NCBI RefSeq assembly: GCF_009914755.1
Contig: NC_060926.1
DNA from: the human T2T-CHM13v2.0 reference genome, Homo sapiens
DNA: 64,000 nucleotides
Strand: one strand, 5' to 3'
Shown: in pieces, positions 53,230-64,000 of the stretch
Position numbering within the stretch: position 1 is the stretch's first letter
Layout of the letters: every line of letters begins with the position of its first letter
Notes under the pieces: model-generated
The model's input: only the letters and a program-made list of their open reading frames with translations
Databases searched by the model: none
Told to the model about the DNA's origin: nothing
Position numbers and translations under genes: made by a program

Positions 53230-55985
53230 CTATATGTTTCCTTTTTAAATTTGCATACATTAAGGTTTACTATTTCTTCTGTAAAGTTCTGTTGGTTTTG
53301 ACAAATATATAATGCCATGTATCCACTATTACAGTATCATACAGCATAGTTTTATTGACAGAAGAATCATTTGTACATCAATTATTCTTCCATCCTCCTT
53401 TACACCCCACAAACATTTGGCAACCCCTGATAGGTTTCTTTCTTGTGGAATATCACATAATCAGAATCATTAGTCTGTATCCTTTTCAGATTGGCTTATT
53501 TCACTTAGAAATTTGCATTTAAGATTCTTTCATTTTTTTCATGGTTTGATTGCTCATATCTTTTTATCATTGAATATTATCTCACCATATGGATGTATCA
53601 CAGACTATCTGTTCACCTCTTGGGGAACATCTTGATTGCTACCAGTTTAGGGTAATTATGAATAAACCATCTATAAAAATATAAATAGAATTTTTGTGGG
53701 CAAAAATTAACAAATCAGTTTAGTAAAAATCTAGGAGCACGATTGCTGAATTATATGTTTAGCTTGATAAGAAATTGAAAAGCTCGGGAGGCTGAGGCAG
53801 GAGAATGGCATGAACCTGGGAGGCAGAGCTTGCAGTGAGCCAAGATTGTGCCACTGCACTCCAGACTGGGTGACAGAGTGAGACTCCGTCCCAGAAAAAA
53901 AAAAAAAAAAGAAAGAAATTGAAAAGTTGCCTTCCAAGGAATCTGTACGGTTTTTCATTTCCACCAGAAAAGAATGAAAGTTCCTGTTACTCTGCATCCT
54001 TCTCAGTATTAAGTATTATCAGATTTTTAGATTTTAGCAATTCTAATAAATAAGTAGTGGTTCCTAATTGTTTTAATTTGCAATGTTCTAGTAACAAATG
54101 ATGTTGACCATCTTTATTTTCTATCTGTGTATCTTCTTTGATGAGGTGTCTATTTAAATCTTTTGCCAACTTTCAAATGTGATTGTTTTCTTATTGTTGA
54201 GTCTTAAATGTTTATTGTATATTTTGGATACAAGCCTTTTATCAGATGCATGTCTTGCAAATTTTTTCCCAGTCTATTACTTTTTAAAAATTATCCTAAC
54301 AGTGACTTTCACAGGGCTGAAGTTTTTAATTTTAGTAACATCTAAGCTTTCACAGAATCTTTTTGTGGTTGTATCTGAAATCTTATGGCCAAATTCAAGG
54401 TCACCTAAATTTGCTCCTATATTTGTAGTTTTGCATTTAAATCTATGTTCTATTTTAAGTTGATTTTTTGTGAAGCTCTGAGGTTCGTGTGTCCAGGTTC
54501 ATTTTTTTTATGTGTGTGCAGAAGGATATCCCATTGTTGCAGCACCACTTACTGCATTTATTGCAAAGACTATTCCTTTGCTATTGAATTGCATTTTGCT
54601 CCTTTGTCAAAGATCAGTTGATTACATTTGTATGAGGCCTATTTCTGGACCCACTAGTTCCATTGAACTATGTGTGAATTCTTTAGTCAATACCACACTG
54701 TCTTGACACTGTGCCTTTATAGTAAGTCTTAAAATTGGGTAGTATGCATCCTCCAACTTTATGGTTTTTCAGTTTGTATTGAGTATTTCAGGTTTTTTGA
54801 CGTTTCATATAAACTTTATATATCTGTTTGTTGATATCTAAAAAAAGTATTTTTCTAAAAAATTGGGATTGCATTGAATATATTCATCAAATAGGAGAGA
54901 ATTAACATCTTAACAATATTTAGTGAAGTAATGTTGAACTTATCACACTTTATTTAGATCTTCTGTAATTTCTTTTATCAGAATTTTGTAGTTTTTCACA
55001 TGTAGTAAAAGACATGTAGATTATTAAAAAATTTTGTCAGATTTATATCAGCATTTATTTTCATGTCTGTGCAATTGTAAATGGCATTTTTAGAAACTAA
55101 TATTGTTTCTCATTGCTCACTGCAAAGGATGAATTTCATAGTAAGTAACTAACTTTTGTATATTGACCTTGTTTTCTGAGATCTTATACTTAAATTAGAT
55201 TTTAAAAACTTCTTGTTTTTGCAAATTCCTTGAGATTTGTTATATAGATAATAATATAAACTCAGCACAGATAGTTCTAATTCTTCCTTTTCTATCTTTT
55301 TTTATTTCTTTTCTTGTCTTATTGCACTAGTTAAGACTTTTAGTATGATGTTGAGTAGAAATGATGAGAGAAGTTATCTTTGCCTTGTTCCCAGTCTTAG
55401 GAGAAAAGCTTCCAGTCTCTCAACATTAAATATGATTCCACCTGTAGGATTTTTGTAGGTGTCTTCATCAAATACAGGGAGTTCCCATCCTCTCTACTTC
55501 TAATTTGCTAATACTTTTTATTATGAATAGGTTTCATGTATTTTCAAATGCTTTTTCTGTATCTATTGATATAATTATTCAATTTTCTTCTTTATTTGTC
55601 TTTAATGTGGTAGATGTCTTTAATGTGGATGTAGAACAGCCTTGCGTACCTGGAATAATTCCTTCTTGATCATGGTGTAGAATTATTTTTATATGTTGTT
55701 GTTTGATTTGTCAATATTTTATTGAAAAATTTTGAATCTGTGTTCATGTGAAATTTTCACCTGTGTTCATAATCTTTAGTTTTCTTTTCTGTAAGGGTTT
55801 TATCTATATTTAGTATTAGGGTAACACTGTCTTCATAAAAAATGTTAGGAAACATTCTTGTTTTTTTCTACTTCCTGACAGAGGTTGTGGAAAATTTGTA
55901 CAATTTCTTCTTAAACAATTGGTGTAATTCAGCAGTGAAACCATTCAAATATTGTGGTTTCTTATTTGAAAAGTTATTAGTTATT
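53230..55985 (-). mobile_element. Old L1M (L1MC-like) fragment containing an Alu right arm at 53783-53912
   Basis: Antisense ORF2 and 3'UTR motifs (MAKDLNRHLIKED). The Alu TSD is AAGAAATTGAAAAG at 53769-53782 and 53913-53926. Confidence 0.82.
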
Positions 55986-55988
55986 GAT

Positions 55989-58260
55989 TGTCATATTTTG
56001 TTTTATGTGTTGACTTTCCTGGATCATGGGGTCCAGACATCTGTTTAGACAACATTTCTCAGTGTCTCTGTCATGGTATTTATGGGAGAAATTAGCATTT
56101 TTATCAATAGACATAGTAAACTTGATTGCCCTTCTCTATGTGTGATATCAACTAATTCAGTGAGCGTCTGAATAGAAGAAAACGGTGAAGGACAGGAGAA
56201 TTCACTCTTTCTCTGCCTGCTTGATTGAGCTGGAATATCTATTCCTCTCCTTTCTTTGAAATGCCAGGCCTACAAACTGGGACTAAAATTACACCATTGA
56301 ATCTTTGACTTTCAGGCCTTCAGACTACACCAGCTGGGTCTCCAGGTTTCAGAGGACAGATTTTATTGATTTTATTTCTCTGGATAACCCTGACTAAGAC
56401 ATATATTGGTACTGGGAGTGGTTTTACAGAAACAGAATTTTATAAATAACTTTCCCAAATTGATGCTGTATATTTTGGAATAAATTGTCTAATCTGATTA
56501 GATGTAAAGGTTTGGATGACTCTATTTCCAGTAGTAAAGAGAGCACTAACATCCATGACATAATCTTGTAATAGAGATATACAAAATATCTGCCTTGGAT
56601 ACCACTTATAAAAAGCAAGGAACTGAATGGCTGTGTAGATGATGCTTTTGAACAGTTTTGGAAAACTAACAAATATAATAAGGTTGGCTGTTTGCTCCTA
56701 ATGTCACTGGACAAAGTGGTGAAAGAAAAGGATGAGCTTAGGATTTAAATTCCCACAAGCATAAGTGACCTGAGGACTTATTGTCATCTGAAGATAACTC
56801 TTATTTTTGGTGTCCACAGAGTTGAGATTGCAGAAAGTGAAATGCAGAATCTCATCCTGTGAATGGCTGAATTGTAACGGAAATTAAACTCCAAGTCTTT
56901 CAGCATGTTCTTGTTAAAGCAAGAACATTTGTTGAGAGAGAATGGGGAAAGGGTTTCCAGAAGGCTGTGTATGTTCTGTATCAGCATCTGATATATGATC
57001 CTGTTTCTCCTACAGCCAGTATTCGTGGGTCTAGGAATTAAGGAGTAGAAATGGGAGTGAAAACCCTCACTACTACCACTAATAACTCACTAGCAAAATA
57101 TTTATTTTCTTTTCCCAAACCCTGTGCTGTGCTGGGCTGGAGGTCTTAGTTGCAAAGGGAGGAGTCCTTCCATTAGGAGACACAATAATGATTCCATTGA
57201 AATGGAAGCTAAGACTCACCTGGCCACTTTGAACTCCTCATGCTTCTCAATCAATAGGCAAAGAAGGGAGTTAAAGTATTATCTGGGGTGATTGATCCTG
57301 ACTACCAAGGGGAAATTGGACTGCTAGTCCATAATGTAGGTAAGGTAAAATACATCTAGAGTGTGGGTGATCCCTTATAGTTTTGCTTAGTATTACCATG
57401 CCCTGTGATTAAGGTTAATAGGAAACAACAGCCCAATGAGGACAAGGTTGTTAGTGATCACAGCCCTTCAGGAATAAAAAATTGGGTAACCACAAAAGAC
57501 AAAAAACCACTACCAGCTGAGGTGCTTCCTGAAGACAAAGGGAATACAGAATGGATAGTTGAATAAAGTAGTTATAAATACTAGCTATGACTACATGACC
57601 AGTTACAGCAATGATAATTTTGATTGTCATAAATATGATCTCCCCATTTTGTTATAAATGCATTTTTGGTTGTGTATATATTGTGTATATAATACCCTTG
57701 CTTTCTTCTTTCACCTATTCTCTTATCATGTAACATAAGATATATTGGCTTTATATCATAGTATTTAAGTATGTAAGGAGATGAATATAAGTGCCACATT
57801 GACAATTAGTGTATTTGTGAAAGTTAATTTTGTTAACTTGACTGGATCACAGGATGCCCAGATAGCTGATTAAATGTTATTTCTGGGTGTGTCCATGAGA
57901 GTGTTTATAGAAGAGATTGGCATTTTAATCAGTAGACTGAATAAACTGAGTTGGCTTCCCCATTGTGTGTGGGTAACATTTAGTCCCTTGATAATTGAAT
58001 AGAGCAAAAAGATGAAAGAGAGAGGATTCATTCTCTTTCTGCCTACTTGAACTGAGACATCAATCTTTTCTTGCCCTTGGTCCTTCTGTTTCTCAAACTT
58101 TCAAACTCAGACTGAAATCTGTACCATTGGCTCTCTGGCTTTCAGGCTTTTGAACTACACCACTGACTGTCCAGTGTCTCCATCTTGCACAGATGGGATT
58201 TTTCAGACTTTATAATTCCATAAGCCTATACCTCATAATAAATCATATATATATATAAAT
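55989..58260 (+). mobile_element. Internally deleted MLT2/HERV-L provirus: LTR 55989-56401, internal remnant, LTR ~57816-58260
   Basis: Two similar MLT2-like LTRs. A PBS-like TGGTACTGGGAGTGG follows the first LTR. A dUTPase-region-like GGGGTGATTGATCCTGACTACCAAGGGGAAATTGG lies at ~57285. Confidence 0.8.
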
Positions 58261-58371
58261 CATAATATATATTATATTTTATATATATATAAATCATATA
58301 TTATATATATTATATATATATAGCTATAGCCAGATCATAGATAGATAGCTAGCTAGCTAGCTAGATAGATA

Positions 58372-58992
58372 ATTAGTTTGTTCTTAGGCTGCTGTAGAGA
58401 AATACCTGAGGCTAGGTAATTTATAAAGAAAAGAGGTTTAATTGACTCACAGTTCCACATGGCTGGAAAGGCCTCAGGAAATTCACAAGCATGGCAAAAG
58501 GCACCTCTTCACAGGGTTGTGGGAGACAGAATGAGTGCAAGCAGAGGAAATGTCAAATTGTTATAAGACCATCAGATCCCATGAGACTCACTCATTATCA
58601 TGAGAACAACATGAGGGAACTGCCTCCATGCTACAATTACCTCTACTTGGTTCCGCCCTTGACACATGGGATTATTACAATTCAAGGTGAGATTTGGTTA
58701 GAGACACAGAGCCAAACCATATAATTTCACCCATGGCCCTCTCAATTCTAATGTCCTCACATTTCAAAACACAATTATGCCCTTCCAACAGTCCCACAAA
58801 GTTTTAACTCATTCCAGCATTAACTCAAAAGTCCAAGTACAAAGTCTCATTTGAGAAAAGGCAGTCCCTTCTGCCTATGAACCTGTAAAATCAAAAGCAA
58901 GTTAGTTACTTCCCAGATACAATGGAGTATAGTCTTTGGGTAAATATACACATTCTAAGTGGAAGATACTGGCCAAAACAAAGAAGCTACAG
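58372..58992 (-). mobile_element. MST LTR plus partial internal sequence
   Basis: The LTR ends ACAGAGCCAAACCATAT at ~58722. The following internal sequence parallels THE1-int at 40000-40240. Confidence 0.85.
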
Positions 58993-59560
58993 TGTAACGG
59001 TTAATATTAAGTGTCAACTTGATTGGATTGAAGGATGCAAAGTATTGATCTTGGGTGGGTCTGTAAGGGTCTTGCCAAAGGAGATTAACATTTGAGTCAG
59101 TGGGCTGGGAAAGGCAAGCCCACCCTTAATCTGGGTGGACACATTCTGATCAACTGCCAGTGTGGCCAGGATATGAAGCAGGCAGAAAAACGTAAAAAGC
59201 CTAGACTGGCTTAGCCTCCTAGCCTACATCTTTCCCCTGTGCTGGATGCTTCCTTCCCTGGAACATCAAATTCCAAGTTCTTCAGCTTTGGGACTTGGAC
59301 TAGCTTCCTTTCTCCTCAGCTTGTAGATGGCCTATTGTGGGACCTTGTGATCATGTGAGTTACTACAACATAATAAACTCCCTCCCTTTCTATATATAGA
59401 TCCTATTAGTTCTGTCTCTCTAGAGAACCTTGACTAACACAGATTTTGGTATCAGGAGTGGTTCTAGAGGAACAGAATATTAATAATGGAGTTCTTCTGT
59501 TGTTTTTAGCGTTTCTAGAATGGCTGTTTAATATGATTAGACCCCAAAATGCTGGCATTT
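58993..59560 (+). mobile_element. MLT2A LTR (58993-59441) plus the start of HERV-L internal sequence
   Basis: TGTAACGGTTAATATTAAGTGTCAACTTGATTGGATTGAAGGATGCAAAG...CTAGAGAACCTTGACTAACACA, then GATTTTGGTATCAGGAGTGGTTCTAGAGG. Confidence 0.88.
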
Positions 59561-59569
59561 TTGTTGGCA

Positions 59570-59683
59570 AAAATGTGTTGATTATAATGACTCCTATTTT
59601 GATTAATAAAGATGTGTTTGAGCCTAGTTATAATGATTTAAAATTCACAGCCCAAAACCACAATTACTTTTGCACCAACCTAA
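59570..59683 (+). mobile_element. Hsmar1 mariner 3' end with terminal inverted repeat
   Basis: GATTAATAAAGATGTGTTTGAGCCTAGTTATAATG...AAAACCACAATTACTTTTGCACCAACCTAA. Confidence 0.85.
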
Positions 59684-59684
59684 A

Positions 59685-60155
59685 TCATATTTATGGCATC
59701 TAGTGATATTTCAATACATGGGTACAATGTGTAATGATCCAATTAAGGTAATCAAGATAAATAAAGATAATTAGCATACTCATAACAGTTTGGGGAACAT
59801 TCGAAATTCTCTCTTCTAGCTTTTCAAAAATATATAAGAAACTACTTTTAACTATATTCTCCCTACAGTGCTATAGAGCACTAGAACTTATTCCTCATAT
59901 CTAGCTGTAAGTTTGTATGACTTAGCCAACTTCTCCCTACCCACCCATACCCCCTATACTTCCAAGCCTCTAATAACCACAATTCTCTCCACTTCTATGT
60001 GTTCAACTTCTTTCAGTTCTTACATATGAGTGAGAACATTCAGTATAAATCTTTCTGTGCCTGAGTTACTTTATTCAACATAATGTCCTTTAGGCTTATC
60101 CCTGTTGCCACAAATGAAAGTATTTCATTCTTTTTATGGCTGAATAGTATTCCAT

Positions 60156-60197
<42 letters not shown>

Positions 60198-61415
60198 ACA
60201 TTTTCTTTATTCATTCATCTGTTGATAGACATTTAGGTTGATTCTGTATCTTGGCCATTGTGAATGGTACTTCAATAAACATGGGAGTTCAGATATATCT
60301 TTGATAAGCTGATTTTCTTTTCTTTGGATAAATATTCAATAGTAGGATTGCTGGATAATATGGAAAATTTATACATAGTGTTTTGAGAAAACTCTACTGT
60401 TTTCCATTATGGCTGTATGAATTTATATCCCATTAACAGTATACAAGAATTCCCTTTTCTCTGCACAAATTTTTTGGGGGATCTTTTTGATAGTAGCCAT
60501 TCTAACTGGGGTGAGATGTTATCTCATTGTGGCTTTAATCTGCATTTCTCTGATGATTTGTGATGGATTTTTTATATACTTGTTGATCATTTGTATGTCT
60601 TTCTTTTGAGAAATGTCTACTCAGAAATGCCTGTGTTTTAATGGATTTTTTTTTGTTGCTGTTGTTGTTGAGTTGTCTGAGTTCCTCATATATTCTGGGT
60701 ATTAATCCCTTGTCAGATGCATAGTTAGTTTGCAAATATTTTCTCCTAATCTACAGATAGTTTCCTCACGTTGTTGTTTCCTTTGTTATTTATGCAGGGA
60801 GTTTTAGTTTGATATATTCTTGTTTGTCTGTTTTAACTTTTGTTGCCTGTGCATTTGAGGTCTCATCAATGAAATCTTTTCCTAGACCAATGTCCTGATG
60901 AATTTTCCCTAACTTGTTTTCTATTACTTTTATAGTTTTGCATCTTACATTTAAGTCTTTAATAATTTTAAGTTAAATTTTGTTTAAAGGGCCTCATTTA
61001 GCTGTTCTGTGTATTGATATCCAAATATCCTGGCACCATTTATTGAAGATACTGTCTTTTCCTCAATGTATGTTCTTGATGTCTTTGTCAAAAATCAATT
61101 GGCTCTAAATCTGTGGATTTATTTCTGGATTATCTCTTCTGTTCCATTGATCTACGTGTCTGGTTTTTATACCAATGCCATTTTATTTTGGTTACTATAG
61201 CTTTGCAGTATATTTTGAAATCAGGTGGCATGATGTCTGCAGCTTTTTGTTTGTTTGTCTGTTTTGCTCAAAATTTCTTTCTTTGACTACTTGGGCCCTT
61301 TTGTAGTTCCACACAGATTTTACGATTTTTAAAAATATTTCTTTGAGGAATGGCATTTGTATTTTGACAGGCATTGCATTGAATGTGTAGATTCTTTTGG
61401 GTAGAGTGGACAATA
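59685..61415 (-). mobile_element. L1MA fragment with an internal (TA)n at ~60160-60195
   Basis: Antisense L1 3'UTR and ORF2 (NYASDKGLI.RIYEEL; MSTLPK.IYTFNAMPVKI). Confidence 0.88.
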
Positions 61416-62799
61416 CTCACCTTACATTTCTTTGAAAGAAAAGAGTAACCTGAAAGAAAATGTAGTGGTTATAATGAGGTGCTGTTTATGTCATCCTTTG
61501 GGATGGGGGCCCTTATTTTCTTACCTACTGGCAGTGTTGCTTGCATCCCTTGTCAGAAATTGTTCTCAACCTAAGGGAACTATCCCATCTCTTTCCCTGT
61601 GTCCAGTGATTGATGTCCAATAATTGGTCATTGCAGCATTCAAAGGCCTGGCTCCCTGGTCTCAATTAGTGATATCTCTAAAGGGCTCTAGAATTCCTTA
61701 TGGGAGTGGCTGACATTACTGTGGCAACTGCAATGCTGTTCATTTAATCTTTATACCTACCTCAGCTTTTCTTGCTCTTTTCTAGATACTGTATCAGAGA
61801 AGACCCCATACATATAAATATCAAAAGTTTTTCCTCCCTGGGACCAGACTGAGAGAGGAGAATATCTTCTTAGCTTCCCCCCTTCCACTCCATTATCTTT
61901 GAGATTGAAAGGATAACGGGATGGAAAGGAAAACTCACAGAAGGAAAACTTGTTATTCTGGTGTGGTTGGTATCAGCTCCTTACTACATTAATACATTAA
62001 TGTTATTATGCTGTCCTAGTTTTACTCAGTATCATTGAGCAACCTGGCCTCTTGCTTAGGATTTCCGTAATGAATGGAAGGGCAATAATCCTCTTAAGTT
62101 AATATCAAAAGACAGGAATAGAGCTCCAAAGCTTTCTTCCAAACTTTCCTTCAATTGATATGACTGGAAGTCCCTTTCCACAGATGCTGATATGCCTCCC
62201 CTACTTCTAACTCCTGTCACTCCACACTTATCCACACACATATACATCAGCTTTTGATTTCCCGTATTGAATTACTTTTTTTTTTGTTAGTTTGTTTTAA
62301 CTCCAGGAATTTATACATTACTTTCACACACAAACACAAAGGTCATTATATTTTTTAGGAAAGGTACAATTCAGGTATAAATCCATATGACGATTATTCA
62401 GATATAAGCCCATATCTTCTATTAGCAACTTTCAGTGAATAATGAGGTTTTTTGTTTTGCTTTGATTTGTTTTAACAGCTCAACCAAAAAAGACTATTAG
62501 AATTTCAAAAATGCACACTAATTAATGTGAGCTCTCTATGTTCCCTGGTAATGGAGGCCAGCCTCCAACAAACTATTTTCAGGTTCATTCAACCTCTGGA
62601 TTGAGGTTGAGGGTTTGCAATTACTCTCAGCACACTGTTACTCTAGATAATGTGTTCATCCACACTACACAATAAGTAGTTTCAACTTAATGATCCTCAG
62701 AGTCTACACCTGAAGTTCTCTCCCTCCACCGACTCCATGCAAATGAATTCAGTTCTTATCTCTGTTAGTAGAAAGCGGGAGAGCATTCTACTAACAGTG

Positions 62800-63260
62800 A
62801 CTTTCTCATCAGCATCTATATTATCAGAACATCCTGCCTGATCTCCAGCTTGATACACCCAATTGCCTTCACACATTCACTTCCGCGTCCCGAAGACTGG
62901 TTCAACTCAACCTAACCAATATTGTAATCAGGATCTTCACCCTTAAACCTGATTCTCCTGTATCCCTCAATGATCCCTCCTGTTATGTGGCACCACCACC
63001 TATCCAGCTGTTCAGACCAGAATTCTGGCTGTCCATAAATTGTCCTCATTTGCAGTCATCAATATATTCTGAGACACTTATCTGCCAATTCCTCTTGAAT
63101 CTATTTGTCTCCTTCTCTGATGTCAGCATCCTAGTGCAAGCTAGACTTATCCTCTCACTTCTACTGACATGACAACCTATTAATTAGCCACCTCACTAAC
63201 CTCTACTCTCTACAATTCCTTCTCCGTACTTCAACTAGATAGACTAGTCTTTATGCTTGA
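62800..63260. mobile_element. L2 fragment
   Basis: Degenerate L2-like motifs (GCACCACCACCTATCCAG, CCTAGTGCAAGC, CTCTACAATTCCTTCTCC). Confidence 0.6.
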
Positions 63261-64000
63261 CCCATTCTTTAGCTGTTTAGAAAGATAATTTAGATGGAAA
63301 TATTCTTTCAAATAAAACTTGTAATTCTTAATATGATCCAGTAAACTCTACATTTTTTAGCCTCTGCTGACATTCAGCTCCTCTAAAGTAAGCATTAATG
63401 TGGTCTCGATTTTTATGAATGAAGACCAAGAATTATAGAAGTGAAAATCCTGCCTATAGCTTGTTTTGGATGTTATGATATCTAGATCTTCTAAGTCCTA
63501 TAATCTTCACTCAGATATGACACTATATTTATTCAACACTCAGAAATGAAATAACTGTATTCCTACCACTCAGCTAAAACATGGGTCCACAAATATGAAT
63601 ACTGGAAAGCCTTTCCCATCGGACTCACCAAATTCTAGGAGGATGGTTACAGGGATATGTGTGTTCCAAGACAGTGTTTTTTTTCTTTTTTCAATTGCCT
63701 TTTATATAATTTTCAAAAACTAGGAACTCACTTGTAAATGTTTTAGGTTGACATTTAAATGTTTTCATTGAAATAGTTGTAAATGGTGTATAATCTTTGG
63801 TACATTATAAACAGAAATATTTTGAAATAAAATCTATCAATTTTAACAACATATTTGATGAAATTGAAAATATATTGGCAATTTGATCCCTGCCATCATC
63901 CATATAGAAATATTCATGAACATGTTCATTCGTAGCATCTGGAAATCTTTGACTGTTCTTTTTTTTCTTTGAACATATAGTTCTATTTCAGTTCCACAAA

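Noticed and set aside
42070-64000. Short ORFs of 60-98 aa in the AT-rich half
   Set aside because: They are random or repeat-derived (THE1, L1, microsatellite), with no recognisable protein motifs.

Overview
This is primate (human or great-ape) genomic DNA, not prokaryotic. It reads as a mosaic of segmental duplications of the kind found in pericentromeric, acrocentric or subtelomeric regions. From left to right: (1) an old L1 ORF2 fragment fused to an interstitial degenerate (CCCTAA)n telomeric array and a truncated TAR1; (2) a MaLR (MST) element interrupted by a young 5'-inverted (twin-primed) L1PA that carries a nearly complete ORF1; (3) a decayed intron-containing TBC1D26/TBC1D3-family gene fragment on the minus strand; (4) a ~9 kb GC-rich unprocessed copy of the RABL6-AJM1 (C9orf172) locus on the minus strand, with four RABL6 exons, the 3'UTR, and an AJM1 paralog that keeps its CpG island, a TATA box and a 561-codon ORF; (5) a junction holding a 251-bp copy of upstream sequence and a CAAAAAG GC-rich repeat; (6) ~34 kb of AT-rich, gene-poor DNA full of L1, Alu, THE1, MST, MLT2/HERV-L and Hsmar1 relics and microsatellites. 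I see no intact canonical gene, RNA gene or CRISPR array, and no clearly new biological system. The best leads are the possibly expressed AJM1 paralog and the rearrangement signatures at the duplication junctions. Gene and repeat identities come from my recall of the sequences, not from database searches.
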